A stretch of 64,000 nucleotides of DNA from an uncultured Chloroflexia bacterium. GTDB taxonomy: Bacteria; Chloroflexota; Limnocylindria; Limnocylindrales; CSP1-4. Made by a program: the position numbers and the translations under genes. The stretch is taken from contig CAWHDR010000001.1 of the NCBI GenBank assembly GCA_963828165.1, positions 224,001 through 288,000 of the forward strand, written 5' to 3'. Numbering within the stretch: position 1 is the stretch's first letter; each line of letters opens with the position of its first letter. This document shows positions 47,795 through 57,703 of this stretch, one piece after another. Under the pieces are notes generated by a model, which was not told the origin of the DNA, did no database searches, and worked only from the letters and a program-made list of their open reading frames with translations.

Positions 47795-48202
47795 ATGACC
47801 AAGGCAACCGTCAAGAGACTCTTCATCGGCAGCATCCTCGCCGTGACCGCCGGCACCATCGTCGCGATCAGCGCCGTGTGGCTCGCGATCGCCAACGACA
47901 TCTTCGTCATGGACGGAGCCGACATCGTCGGCATCCAGGGCAGCGCCCTCACGTGGGTCCTGGGCGCGTTCGGCATCGCCGGCGCTCTCGCCTTCACGGG
48001 TGGACTGATCGGCGGCCTGAGCTCCTGGATCGGGGCCCTCCTGAACACCTCGCAGCTCGAGAGCAAGACCTGGTTCCTCGCAGTGCTCGTGCTTGGGATC
48101 TTCAACTTCGGCTTCTTCGCGATGATCGCCTACCTCATCGCCGGGCCGGACGGCACGTCGGCCGCGACCTCGCACCGAGCGCCGGTGACCGCCACCGCGT
48201 GA
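47795..48202 (+). CDS. Small membrane protein
   Basis: RBS AAAGGA, hydrophobic helices, 'MIAYLIAGPDG'. Confidence 0.7.
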   Translation: MTKATVKRLFIGSILAVTAGTIVAISAVWLAIANDIFVMDGADIVGIQGSALTWVLGAFGIAGALAFTGGLIGGLSSWIGALLNTSQLESKTWFLAVLVLGIFNFGFFAMIAYLIAGPDGTSAATSHRAPVTATA

Positions 48203-48220
48203 CCCAGGCGCCGCCGCCAC

Positions 48221-48252
48221 GACGCCCGACGTCCTTTCGTACGTCGGGCGTC
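48221..48252 (+). terminator. Stem-loop terminator candidate
   Basis: GACGCCCGACGT-N8-ACGTCGGGCGTC: perfect 12-bp stem. Confidence 0.6.
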
Positions 48253-48357
48253 CCTGATTCCGCCTCCGACCGGTCACATTCGGGCGTCCCGCGGGGTCCT
48301 TGGGTTGACAAGCAAACACCGGTCGCCACAGATGGCGGCCAACCAGGAGCTCGCCGC

Positions 48358-48783
48358 ATGAACGCACCCTTCCCCGCCCGACCGATCAACCTCATCGACG
48401 CCGCCCTGCGAACCGCGATCGTCGGCCTCACGCTGGCCACCGCGTCCATCCACGCGACCCTGGGTGGCGCGCTGTTCACGCTGAACGCCATCGGGTACGT
48501 CGTCCTCGCCACCGCCATGGTCGCGCCGCTCGTGATCGCCAGCCGATTCCGCTGGATCGTGCGCATCGCGCTGGCTGGGTACGCCGCCACCACGATCGTC
48601 GGATGGGCGATCCAGGGGCCGTTCTACACGACCGCGTACGTCGCCAAAGCCATCGAGGTGACCCTGATCGTCCTTCTGGCCATCGATTTCGTGCGCTTCG
48701 ATGGCAACCCGTTGACCGTCATCCGGCGCGAGCTTCGGAGTCTTTCCCGGCTCCTGCCGGTGTGGCCGCAGCTGCTGGGCTAG
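48358..48783 (+). CDS. Small membrane protein
   Basis: RBS AGGAG, four hydrophobic helices. TTGACA upstream at 48305. Confidence 0.68.
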   Translation: MNAPFPARPINLIDAALRTAIVGLTLATASIHATLGGALFTLNAIGYVVLATAMVAPLVIASRFRWIVRIALAGYAATTIVGWAIQGPFYTTAYVAKAIEVTLIVLLAIDFVRFDGNPLTVIRRELRSLSRLLPVWPQLLG

Positions 48784-49271
48784 GGCGTCCGCCGCTCGAT
48801 CAGCTCGGCGGTCCATTCACGCAACCGGCCGAGATGGTCGGCGAAGTGGTCACCGCCAGACTTGCGGATCCACCACGCGGCTTCGTCGGTCGGCTGTTCG
48901 AGGATCGACCACTCCTCGACCATCCTCGTTCGGCCCGCGTGTGCCTGGATCCAGGCGACCTCCCAGGGTTGGCCCGCCATCGCCGCCAGGAACCTCGCGT
49001 TGAGCGCATCGATGTCGATCTCGTGGCCCTCGTAGGTCCCGGCGCTCATCCGTTCGAACTGGACCTCCGCCTCGGCGAGCCAGGTCCCGACATGCGCGAC
49101 GACGTCACGGACGGTCCAGTCCGGGTCGCGGTAGTAGCCGGGGATCACGCACTCCTCGGGCGTGAGGGTGCGCACGAGGGTCGTGAGCTCGTACCAGCCC
49201 GACCGCTCCGCCTCGAGTTCCGCGGCGTACGGATGATCGAGCCGTGCGACTGGCTGCCGGTCGACAGTCAT
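48780..49271 (-). CDS. DinB-superfamily (ClbS/DfsB- or MDMPI-like) four-helix protein
   Basis: 'WTVRDVVAHVGTW' and C-terminal 'HFADH'. Confidence 0.8.
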   Translation of the reverse strand: MTVDRQPVARLDHPYAAELEAERSGWYELTTLVRTLTPEECVIPGYYRDPDWTVRDVVAHVGTWLAEAEVQFERMSAGTYEGHEIDIDALNARFLAAMAGQPWEVAWIQAHAGRTRMVEEWSILEQPTDEAAWWIRKSGGDHFADHLGRLREWTAELIERRTP

Positions 49272-49639
49272 GGCGCGGCCACGAACTCGCCCTCGAGCGG
49301 GAGGCCGGCGTCCTCCCAGTCGAGCAGGCCACCGGAGTAGCGCCGCACGTTCCGGTAGCCGCGCCGGACCAGGTCGCGGTAGAGCGCGACGCTCGAGAGG
49401 CAGTCGACATGTGAGCAATACACGACGACTTCGTCTTGGGGCGAGACCGCGGCGTACAGCTCGTCGGGCGTGTCGAAGTGGATCGAGCCGGGGATGTGCT
49501 TCGCGTCGAACGCCCAGCGGTTGAGCGCCATGATCAGCTTGACGTTCTCGCCGGCATCGAGTTTCGACTTGAGCTCGTCGCGGGCGATCGTGCGGATCGG
49601 CTCGAGTCCCAGGGCGGCATTCGGGCGGGGCTGGTCCAT
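49268..49639 (-). CDS. Rhodanese-like domain protein
   Basis: 'HIPGS', 'VVVYC', 'YSGGLLDW..AGLPLE'. Confidence 0.9.
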   Translation of the reverse strand: MDQPRPNAALGLEPIRTIARDELKSKLDAGENVKLIMALNRWAFDAKHIPGSIHFDTPDELYAAVSPQDEVVVYCSHVDCLSSVALYRDLVRRGYRNVRRYSGGLLDWEDAGLPLEGEFVAAP

Positions 49640-49712
49640 GGTCCGATCGATTATCGCTCCGCGGATCGATCCATTGCCCAGCGGCGGCTGCGTGCCGCCT
49701 CACCACCACCGA

Positions 49713-49913
49713 CTAGCGCATCGCGCGCTGGCGTCTGCCGCCGCCATGAGTCCCCTCGTTCACCTCGCCCTTGTTCTCTGCGAACGCGGCCAGCACTTCC
49801 CCCTTCTCCTGCTCGGGCACCTTGAAGTGATGGAGCGTGCGCCCCAGCTCAGCCGCGACGTCATCGAATTCCTCAGGCGAGATCTGAAGGTTGCGTTGCG
49901 CTTCCTCCAGGCC
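49713..49913 (-). pseudogene. C-terminal fragment of a group I truncated hemoglobin
   Basis: 'GLEEAQRNLQISPEEFDDVAAELGRTLHHFKVPEQEKGEVLAAF' matches the recalled trHb F-H helices. The N-terminal half is absent and the proximal His reads Gln. Confidence 0.55.
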
Positions 49914-49957
49914 CGATCGCGTTTGTGCGAGGACGACACGAGCTTGTTCCTCTCGAC

Positions 49958-49985
49958 CGATGAGTTTTGCGGCCGATCTCGGTCT
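49958..49985 (+). promoter_or_regulatory. SigG-type ECF promoter candidate upstream of the MFS-sigma operon
   Basis: CGATGA-N18-GTCT; a matching copy lies at 53143-53170 on the minus strand. Confidence 0.6.
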
Positions 49986-50022
49986 ACATAGGCGAACCTC
50001 GAACCCCAGGAGATCGACCGAG

Positions 50023-51642
50023 ATGACCACAACCGAAATCCGACAAGCAGGCCGGCGCGAATGGATCGGACTTGCCGTCCTCGCGCTCGCGTGCCTGCTC
50101 TACGTCATGGACCTGACCGTGCTGCACCTGGCCGTCCCGTCCATCAGCGAGGACCTCAAGCCGAGCAGCGCGCAGCTGCTCTGGATCATCGACATCTACG
50201 GGTTCATGGTCGCTGGGTTCCTCATCACGATGGGCACGCTCGGTGACCGGATCGGTCGACGCAAGCTCCTGCTCATCGGCGCCGCGGCGTTCGGCGCGCT
50301 GTCGCTCCTGGCCGCGTTTTCGACCAGCGCGGAGATGCTGATCGTCAGCCGGGCGCTGCTCGGCATCGCCGGAGCGACACTCGCCCCGTCGACACTGTCG
50401 CTCATCTTCAGCATGTTCCCGGACCCGAAGCAGCGCGCGGTCGCCATCGGCGTCTGGATCTCCGCCTTCTCGGCCGGCAGCGCGATCGGACCGGTGCTGG
50501 GCGGAATCCTGCTCGAGCACTTCTGGTGGGGCTCGGTCTTCCTGCTTGCCCTGCCCGTGATGGTCCTGTTGCTCATCCTCGGTCCCATCGTCCTTCCGGA
50601 GTACCGCGACCCCGATGCGGGGCGCCTCGACCTGGCCAGTGCCGTGATGTCGCTCATTGCCGTATTGGCCGTGATCTTCGGACTCAAGCAGATCGCGCAG
50701 GACGGTTTCGGGCCCCTCCCCGTCTCGAGCGTCCTCCTCGGCATGGGCGTCGGCTTCGTGTGGGTCCGCCGGCAGCTGTCGCTGGCCGACCCGATGATCG
50801 ACCTGCGCCTCTTCCGCATCCCGTCGTTCAGTGCTTCGCTCGTCATCAACTTCCTGGCCATCTTCGTGGCGGTCGGTTACTTCCTGTTCGTGGCCCAGTA
50901 CCTGCAGCTCGTGGTCGGGCTATCGCCGCTCGAGGCGGGTCTGTGGTCCGTGCCCTCCGCGATCGGCTTCATCGTCGGGTCGAACCTGGCTCCGCGGATC
51001 GTCCAGCGCGTGCGAACGGCCTACGTGATGGGCGGCGGGCTGGCGATCGCAGCCGTCGGTCTCGGCGTTCTGACGCAGGTTGGCGGTGTGGACGGCCTGG
51101 CGGTCGTCGTCGCGGGATCCGTCGTCATCTCCCTGGGGCTCGGCCCGGTCCTGGCGTTGACGACCGAGCTGATCGTCGGGTCCGCACCGCCGGAGCGTGC
51201 CGGCGCCGCCTCCGGGATCTCCGAGACCGGCGCCGAGCTCGGTGGAGCGCTCGGGATCTCGATCCTGGGCAGCATCGGGATCGCCATCTATCGGAATGAT
51301 GTGGCGAGCGGGCTCCCGGCCGGCGTGCCGGCGGAAGCCGCGACCATCGCCCGCGACACGCTCGGCGGTGCGGTGGGTGTTGCGGAACAGCTCCCAGGGC
51401 AGCTGGGCGTGACCGTGCTCGAGGTCGCTCGGGAGGCGTTCGTCCAGGGGATGCAGGTGGCCGCCGGCATCAGCGCCGTCATGGCCATCGCGGTCGCCGT
51501 CGTAGCCTTGATCGTCCTGCGCGACATGACGTCCAGCGGGGAGTCCGGAACACCGGCCGAGACAGACACGGACGGACCCGTGGACGCCGGTGGCAAGCGT
51601 CGCAAGGTGCTGAGCACAGGCTCCGCCCCGTCGGGCGCGTGA
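50023..51642 (+). CDS. MFS DHA2 (14-TM) efflux transporter, SmvA/QacA-like
   Basis: 'MDLTVL', 'LLWIIDIY', motif A 'GTLGDRIGRRK', 'GPVLGG', 'WGSVF'. Confidence 0.93.
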   Translation: MTTTEIRQAGRREWIGLAVLALACLLYVMDLTVLHLAVPSISEDLKPSSAQLLWIIDIYGFMVAGFLITMGTLGDRIGRRKLLLIGAAAFGALSLLAAFSTSAEMLIVSRALLGIAGATLAPSTLSLIFSMFPDPKQRAVAIGVWISAFSAGSAIGPVLGGILLEHFWWGSVFLLALPVMVLLLILGPIVLPEYRDPDAGRLDLASAVMSLIAVLAVIFGLKQIAQDGFGPLPVSSVLLGMGVGFVWVRRQLSLADPMIDLRLFRIPSFSASLVINFLAIFVAVGYFLFVAQYLQLVVGLSPLEAGLWSVPSAIGFIVGSNLAPRIVQRVRTAYVMGGGLAIAAVGLGVLTQVGGVDGLAVVVAGSVVISLGLGPVLALTTELIVGSAPPERAGAASGISETGAELGGALGISILGSIGIAIYRNDVASGLPAGVPAEAATIARDTLGGAVGVAEQLPGQLGVTVLEVAREAFVQGMQVAAGISAVMAIAVAVVALIVLRDMTSSGESGTPAETDTDGPVDAGGKRRKVLSTGSAPSGA

Positions 51643-51706
51643 TCCACCTCTCCCGCTCGGCGACGGCGCCAGGGCTGCCGCAGACCGACCCGGGTAGAAT
51701 CGGTCG

Positions 51707-52717
51707 ATGACCGAACTTGCAGCCCCGATCGTCGCGACGCAGACCGTTCCACCGGCAGCGGCAGACGGCATCGAGCTCCAGCTGGAGCAGCATCGCGTGG
51801 AGCTGACCGCCTATTGCTACCGGATGCTCGGTTCGGCGTTCGAGGCGGAGGACGCCGTCCAGGAAACGATGATCCGGGCCTGGAAGGCGATCGATCGGTT
51901 CGAGGGACGAGCGGCGCTACGCTCGTGGCTCTATCGCATCGCGACGAACGTCTGTCTCGACATGCTCAACGGCCGTGCGCGGCGAGCCCGGCCCATGGAC
52001 CTCGCCCCGGCCAAGTCGGCGGACACCCCGCTCGGGGCGGCGCTGTCCGACGGTGCGTGGGTCGAGCCGATGCCCGACAGCCGGATCGTCCCGGTCGGGG
52101 GCGATCCCGCCGACATGATGGTGCTGCGCGAATCGATCCGCCTGGCTTTCGTGGCCGCGTTGCAGCACCTGCCGCCCCGGCAGCGAGCCGTGCTGATCCT
52201 TCGGGAGGTCCTCCAGTGGCAGGCGACGGAGGTCGCGGAGCTCCTCGACACGTCGGTGGCATCGGTCAACAGCGCGCTCCAACGAGCGCGAGCCACGCTC
52301 GCGACGAAGGACGCCGCCGAGACGCCGTCCCAGCCGACGGATGACCAGCAACGCGCCCTCCTGGCCCGCTATGTCGACGCCTTTGAGCGCTACGACCTCG
52401 ACTCGCTCACAGCCCTTCTGCACGAGGATGCCAGCTGGTCGATGCCGCCGTACGAGCTCTGGCTGCAGAGCCACATCGACATCCGCAAGTGGTGCCTGGG
52501 ACCGGGCATCGCCTGTCGCGGCTCGCGCCTGATCCCGACCGTGGCGAACGGATCGCCTGCGTTCGGGCAGTACAAGCCGAGCCCGGATGGTGGCTTCGAC
52601 CCGTGGTCGCTCCAAGTGCTGGACATCAAGGACGACCGGATCAACGGGATCATCTTCTTCCTGGACACCCCGAACTTCTTCCCGCTCTTCGGACTGCCGC
52701 CCCGCCTCGAGGCGTGA
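51707..52717 (+). CDS. ECF sigma factor with C-terminal SnoaL-like domain (SigG-type)
   Basis: 'CYRMLGS..EAEDAVQET', 'WLYRIATNVCLD', 'SVNSALQRAR', SnoaL-like 'RYVDAFERYD...SMPP'. Confidence 0.92.
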   Translation: MTELAAPIVATQTVPPAAADGIELQLEQHRVELTAYCYRMLGSAFEAEDAVQETMIRAWKAIDRFEGRAALRSWLYRIATNVCLDMLNGRARRARPMDLAPAKSADTPLGAALSDGAWVEPMPDSRIVPVGGDPADMMVLRESIRLAFVAALQHLPPRQRAVLILREVLQWQATEVAELLDTSVASVNSALQRARATLATKDAAETPSQPTDDQQRALLARYVDAFERYDLDSLTALLHEDASWSMPPYELWLQSHIDIRKWCLGPGIACRGSRLIPTVANGSPAFGQYKPSPDGGFDPWSLQVLDIKDDRINGIIFFLDTPNFFPLFGLPPRLEA

Positions 52718-52724
52718 GATCGCG

Positions 52725-53066
52725 TCAGGCCGTTCCGAGGAGGTCGTCGAGCCCCACGAAGCACATCAGCGCTCGCAGCTCTGGCGAGACACCGCGCAGG
52801 AGAAGGCGTCGGCCGGCGCGCTTGGCGGTCAATCGCACGCGAGCCAGGGCATCGACCGCAACGCAGTCAGGGTCGGCCAGGCTGGCGACGTCACACACGA
52901 CGAGCTCAGCGTCGCTCGCAACCACGGCGAGCTGAACGCGCGCACACAGCGCGGGGATGTCGGCGCGATCGATGCGACCGCCGATCTCGACGACGATCGC
53001 GCTCGGAGCGGCCTTCGGTCGCAGGGGACGCTTGGTGCCCGGCGCCAATTCCTCGGGGGCGACCAA
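52725..53066 (-). CDS. STAS domain protein
   Basis: 'VVCDV...DCVAVDALAR..L', 'LRALM.FVGL'. Start uncertain (TTG after AAGGAA). Confidence 0.78.
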   Translation of the reverse strand: MVAPEELAPGTKRPLRPKAAPSAIVVEIGGRIDRADIPALCARVQLAVVASDAELVVCDVASLADPDCVAVDALARVRLTAKRAGRRLLLRGVSPELRALMCFVGLDDLLGTA

Positions 53067-53142
53067 CAGCGGGTTCCTTCCGTGCTCCTGGCGATGAGGT
53101 TCGGAGGCGCCGACGAGTGATCTCGTCGGGCGCCACTTACTA

Positions 53143-53170
53143 AGACCGCCCATCGAGCCGAAACTCATCG
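53143..53170 (-). promoter_or_regulatory. SigG-type ECF promoter candidate upstream of the STAS gene
   Basis: Minus strand reads CGATGA-GTTTCGGCTCGATGGGCG-GTCT. Confidence 0.6.
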
Positions 53171-53196
53171 GTGCGCGCAGGATCAGGGCTCGACCG

Positions 53197-56100
53197 TCAG
53201 GCCTCGAGGATCTCGACCGAGTCCTGGATCAGGGGCAGTCGGACCGTGAAGGTCGTATCGCCGACCTCGCTCGCGACGGTGATGTTGCCGCCGTGCTGCT
53301 CGACGATGTGCCGGGTCCCAGCGAGTCCGATGCCACTGCCGCTGACCGTTCCCGCCGTGTTCGACGCTCGGTAGTAGGGCTCGAAGACGCGATCGACCTC
53401 GGCGGGCGGGATACCGATCCCGTTGTCCCGCACGACGAGGATCGCCCACTCCTGGTGGCCGATCTGATCCTGCCTGACCTGGAGGGTGATCTCGCCGCCT
53501 TTGGGGCTGTACTTCACGGCATTGGAGATGAGGTTGCCGACGATCCGCTCGATGCGGGCCTCGTCCCAGTCGCCGAGCACGCGCGGGATCTCGGTTTCCA
53601 GGGTGATCGTATGGCGCGGACTGATCTTCTGGTACTCGGTAGCAAGCCGGCGCACGATCCTGACAAGGTCCGCCGGGCCGACGTCGAGCTCCAGCTCGTG
53701 GCCCATCCGCAGTCGCGTGAGGTCAAGAAGCTCATCGACCAGGCGCACGAGCTGCGCCGTGCTCTCGTCGATGACTTCGAGGCCTTCCGCGATCTGCGCC
53801 GATCCTTCGTCGCCCCGCGAGACCGCGCGCTGGAGGAGATTGGCATTGCCCTTGATGATCGTCGCCGGCGTCTTGAGGTCGTGGGAGATCGCCGCGAGGA
53901 ATTCGTCCTTCTGACGATCGAGATCGCGCAGCGGGCTGATGTCCTGGAAGACCGCGACACCCCCTGCTGGATGGCCCTGTCCATCGCTCAACGGCGCGCT
54001 GTTCACGAGGATGGGCACGTCCTGGCCGGTGATCGAATTGGTGATGACGAGCTGCTCGCCCCGCACCACTTCGCTGTGGAAGACCGCCCGCGCCAAGGGA
54101 TGATCCGCCGTGACATGCGCGCCAACCTCGGCTCGCCGCGTGCCGGGGGCACCGTCCACCATGGTCCCGACCGATTCGGGGACAGTGCCCATGATCTCGG
54201 CGGCCGCTGCGTTGCTCAGGTAGACCCGCCCGGTCGCGTCGGCGATGAGGATCGCCTCGGGCATCACGTCGACGACCTGCCGCAGGCGGGCCAGGCCGTA
54301 TTCGGCTTCCGCGCGGGCCGCCTGCTCCTGCACGAGGTCCTCGGCCCGCATGTTCGCCGTGATGGTGCTCAGGACGATCCCGATGCTCTCCCCCAGCTGG
54401 TCCAGGAAGGCGATCTGGATATCGCTGAGATCCTCGATGGATGCGAGCTCGATCACGGCGCGCGTCTCGTCCTCGAACAGGATGGGAAGGAGGACGATGG
54501 ATCGGGGCGTCGCGCCGCCCAGCGCCGAAGAGATCGATGCGTAGTCAGGCGGAACGTCATGAAGATGGATCCGCCGGCGGTCCTCGGCAGCCTGGCCCAG
54601 CAGGCCCTCGCCGAACCTGATCATCTCCGGCGGCTCCGGGGAGATGTGGCGCGGATAGGTCGCCAGCAGGCCGAGTCGGGACGGCTCGCCATCGAGGTTC
54701 GCGAGGTAGAACACGCCGCGCTGGACACCGACCAGCGGGGCCAGCTCGGTCAGGATCAGCCGGCCGACCATCTGGAGGTCGCGTTGGCCCTGGAGCAGCT
54801 GACCGAATCGCGCGATGTTCGTCTTGAGCCAGTCGCTCTCCCGGTTCCGCTGCGTCGTCTCGCGCAGGTTCCTGATCATCTCGTTGACGTCGTCCTTCAG
54901 GAGCGCGACCTCGCCTTGCGCATGAACCTGGACGGATCGGGAGAGGTCCCCGCGGGTCACCGCGGTGGCGACCTCGCCGATCGCCCGCACCTGGGTCGTG
55001 AGATTCGCGGCGAGCTGGTTGACCGAGTCGGTCAGGTCCTTCCAGGTCCCGCCCACGCCGCGGACGTCGGCCTGACCGCCGAGCTTGCCTTCGGTGCCGA
55101 CCTCCCGGGCGACGCGCGTGACCTCGCTGGCAAAGGCGTTGAGCTGGTCGACCATGGTGTTGATCGTGTCCTTGAGCTCGAGGATCTCGCCGCGGGCATC
55201 GACGGTGATCTTCTTGGAGAGGTCGCCATTGGCGACGGCGGTCGTCACGTCGGCGATGTTGCGGACCTGGCCGGTCAGGTTGCCCGCCATCGAGTTCACG
55301 TTGTCGGTCAGGTCCTTCCATGTGCCGGCCACGCCCGGGACGTCAGCTTCGCCGCCGAGCTTGCCTTCGGTGCCGACCTCGCGGGCGACGCGCGTGACCT
55401 CGCTGGCGAACGCGTTGAGCTGGTCGACCATCACGTTGATGGTGTTCTTCTGCTCGAGGAACTCGCCGCGGACGTCGACCGTGATCTTCTTGCTCAGGTC
55501 GCCCCGGGCGACCGCCATCGTCACCTCGGCGATGTTGCGGGCGCGGGCGGTGAGGTTGAGGGACATCGTGTTGACGTTGTCGGTCAGGTCCTTCCAGGTC
55601 CCGGCGACGCCGCGGACATCGGCCTGGCCGCCGAGCTTGCCCTCCGTGCCCACCTCATGTGCCACGCGGGTCACTTCGCCCGCGAGCAAGTTGAGCTGGT
55701 CGACCATCGTGTTGATCGTGTTCTTGAGCTCGAGGATCTCGCCCTGCACGTCCACGGTGATCTTCTTGGAGAGGTCACCCTTGGCGACGGCGGTGGTCAC
55801 CTCGGCGATGTTGCGGACCTGCGCGGTCAGGTTGCCTGCCATCGAGTTGACTGAATCGGTGAGGTCCTTCCACGTCCCGCCGACGCCGTGGACGTCGGCC
55901 TGGCCACCGAGCTTTCCCTCCGTGCCAACCTCTCTGGCGACGCGCGTGACTTCGCTCGCGAACGCGTTGAGCTGGTCGACCATCGTGTTGATCGTGTCGG
56001 CCAGTCGCTTGTACTCGCCCTTGAGCGGCTGACCATCGATCTCCATCGCCATCCGCTGCGACAGATCGCCCCGGGCTACCGCATCCATCACGCGACTGAT

Positions 56101-56463
56101 CTCGAGCATCGGCTCGGTCAGGTCGAAGACCAGCTGATTGACCGCCGCCTCGTTGCGCGCCCAGCTTCCCGCCGGCCCGATCGAGACACGGTGGCTGATC
56201 CGGCCCTCACGTCCGACCGCACGGCTGATCCGGCGCAGCTCCTGCGCGGTGCGCTGGTTCAGCTCGACGATGTCGTTGAAGGCCTCGGCGACGGCTCCCG
56301 CCATGCCGGCCTCCCCTTCCGGCAGGCGGACACGGAGGTCGCCGTTGCGCAGCGCCCGGAGCGCACTGAGCAGGGCCGCGCCATCAAGCCCGTCGTGCTG
56401 CCGTGCGGCCGTCTCGTCATTGGTGACGCGCTGCAAGCTCCGAATCTCGTACGCACCTTCCAT
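53197..56463 (-). CDS. Cytoplasmic poly-HAMP/GAF/PAS sensor histidine kinase
   Basis: 92-aa repeats '[19 protein letters not shown]', GAF and PAS segments, H-box 'ISHDLKTP', 'NAVKY', 'DNGIG', 'GIGLA'. No receiver domain. Confidence 0.93.
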   Translation of the reverse strand: MEGAYEIRSLQRVTNDETAARQHDGLDGAALLSALRALRNGDLRVRLPEGEAGMAGAVAEAFNDIVELNQRTAQELRRISRAVGREGRISHRVSIGPAGSWARNEAAVNQLVFDLTEPMLEISRVMDAVARGDLSQRMAMEIDGQPLKGEYKRLADTINTMVDQLNAFASEVTRVAREVGTEGKLGGQADVHGVGGTWKDLTDSVNSMAGNLTAQVRNIAEVTTAVAKGDLSKKITVDVQGEILELKNTINTMVDQLNLLAGEVTRVAHEVGTEGKLGGQADVRGVAGTWKDLTDNVNTMSLNLTARARNIAEVTMAVARGDLSKKITVDVRGEFLEQKNTINVMVDQLNAFASEVTRVAREVGTEGKLGGEADVPGVAGTWKDLTDNVNSMAGNLTGQVRNIADVTTAVANGDLSKKITVDARGEILELKDTINTMVDQLNAFASEVTRVAREVGTEGKLGGQADVRGVGGTWKDLTDSVNQLAANLTTQVRAIGEVATAVTRGDLSRSVQVHAQGEVALLKDDVNEMIRNLRETTQRNRESDWLKTNIARFGQLLQGQRDLQMVGRLILTELAPLVGVQRGVFYLANLDGEPSRLGLLATYPRHISPEPPEMIRFGEGLLGQAAEDRRRIHLHDVPPDYASISSALGGATPRSIVLLPILFEDETRAVIELASIEDLSDIQIAFLDQLGESIGIVLSTITANMRAEDLVQEQAARAEAEYGLARLRQVVDVMPEAILIADATGRVYLSNAAAAEIMGTVPESVGTMVDGAPGTRRAEVGAHVTADHPLARAVFHSEVVRGEQLVITNSITGQDVPILVNSAPLSDGQGHPAGGVAVFQDISPLRDLDRQKDEFLAAISHDLKTPATIIKGNANLLQRAVSRGDEGSAQIAEGLEVIDESTAQLVRLVDELLDLTRLRMGHELELDVGPADLVRIVRRLATEYQKISPRHTITLETEIPRVLGDWDEARIERIVGNLISNAVKYSPKGGEITLQVRQDQIGHQEWAILVVRDNGIGIPPAEVDRVFEPYYRASNTAGTVSGSGIGLAGTRHIVEQHGGNITVASEVGDTTFTVRLPLIQDSVEILEA
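55144..55983. repeat. 276-bp intragenic tandem repeat (poly-HAMP); coordinates span the anchor motifs only
   Basis: CTGGTCGACCAT recurs at 55144, 55420, 55696 and 55972. Confidence 0.9.
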
Positions 56464-56592
56464 CGGCCCTGTCGGGTGCGAACGAATGTAGCGGCTTACC
56501 GCCGCCCCTCACCTTGCAAGGCCGTTACTGCCGGGGAGGGTTCTGTCACAAGCTCGCGCGAGGTGTGGGCTCGAGGCGCGCCAGGTTGCCGA

Positions 56593-57633
56593 TCACGGAG
56601 CGGCGATGGCCGAGCGGAGGTGTTCCGCGGCCTGCTCGGCGGTGAGGTCGCGCTGGGTCTCCGCGAGAAGCTCGTACCCGACCATGAACTTCCGCTTGCT
56701 CGCGGTGAGCAGCGGCGGGAAGAAGTGAGCGTGGAGCTGCCAGTGAGGCTCGGGGCCCCCACGGAACGGTGCCTGGTGCCAACCCATGGAATACGGGAAC
56801 GAGAGGCTGAACAGGCGATCGTAAGCGCCCAGCAGCTGGATCACTGCGGCGGCCAACGAATCGCGCCGTGCATCGTCCAGATCGGGCAACCGCTGCGTCG
56901 GCTGCTTCGGGACCAGCAACGTCTCGTACGGCCACGCGGCCCAGAACGGGACCAACACCGACCAATCGGCATCTTCGAACAAGATCCTGGGTCCGCCCGC
57001 CTCCTGGGCGATGTAGTCCAGCAGCAAGGGCTCGCCGCGACCCCGAAGGTGCTCGAGCTGGGTCCGATCCTCGCGCGCCGCGACGTGCGGCAACGCGCTC
57101 CCGGCCCAGATCTGGCCGTGGGGATGCGGGTTGGACGCACCCATGGCCTCGCCCCGGTTTTCGAACACCTGGACCCATTGGAACCGCTCGCCGAGCTCGG
57201 CGGTCTGGTCGGCCCAGAGTTCCACGACCGTGCGGACAGCGCCCCGGTCCATCGCCGCAAGCGTGAGGTCGTGACGGCGAGAGAAGCACAGGACCCGGCA
57301 GGTCCCTGCCTCGACCTCGGCGCGCAGCAGGCCTTCGGCCAGGCGTCGGTCGGGCGAGTCGGGCCGCAACGCGGCGAAGTCGTTGGTGAAGACGTAGGTC
57401 TGCTCGTAGTCGGGGTTCACCGCGCCGTTGGCCCGGCGGTTGCCCGGGCAGAGATAGCACGTCGGGTCGTACGCCATGGCGGGTGCGCCAGGCGGCACCT
57501 CCTCCTTGCCCTGCCACGGCCGCTGCGTCCGCCCGGCGGAAACGAGCAGCCATTCGTCGAGGAGCGGGTTATAGCGCCGGTGCGGATGGTCGCTCAGCTG
57601 CGCGATGGGATCGCCCGATCGGGTGACGCTCAC
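56593..57633 (-). CDS. galT: Galactose-1-phosphate uridylyltransferase
   Basis: 'HRRYNPL', 'CYLCPGNRR', 'FENRG..MGASNPHPHGQ', 'RKFMVGYE'. Confidence 0.96.
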   Translation of the reverse strand: MSVTRSGDPIAQLSDHPHRRYNPLLDEWLLVSAGRTQRPWQGKEEVPPGAPAMAYDPTCYLCPGNRRANGAVNPDYEQTYVFTNDFAALRPDSPDRRLAEGLLRAEVEAGTCRVLCFSRRHDLTLAAMDRGAVRTVVELWADQTAELGERFQWVQVFENRGEAMGASNPHPHGQIWAGSALPHVAAREDRTQLEHLRGRGEPLLLDYIAQEAGGPRILFEDADWSVLVPFWAAWPYETLLVPKQPTQRLPDLDDARRDSLAAAVIQLLGAYDRLFSLSFPYSMGWHQAPFRGGPEPHWQLHAHFFPPLLTASKRKFMVGYELLAETQRDLTAEQAAEHLRSAIAAP

Positions 57634-57703
57634 GTTGGATCTCCAGACGTAGAGATCGGTTGCAGGGCCGGCACTGGAGGAGCGAGCGCCGGCCCTGCGA
57701 GGA

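Noticed and set aside
42134-53196. Genomic island or prophage in the accessory patchwork
   Set aside because: No integrase, transposase, tRNA, att-like repeat or phage gene was recognised.
53293-55854. Long antisense ORFs (also 15750-17708, 22252-24300, 24895-26790, 55888-57834, 60889-63273)
   Set aside because: They are shadow frames opposite well-supported genes in high-GC DNA and have no protein motifs.
55000-56000. Regular repeats suggesting a CRISPR array or mobile element
   Set aside because: The 276-bp period is in-frame HAMP coding sequence with no unique spacers.
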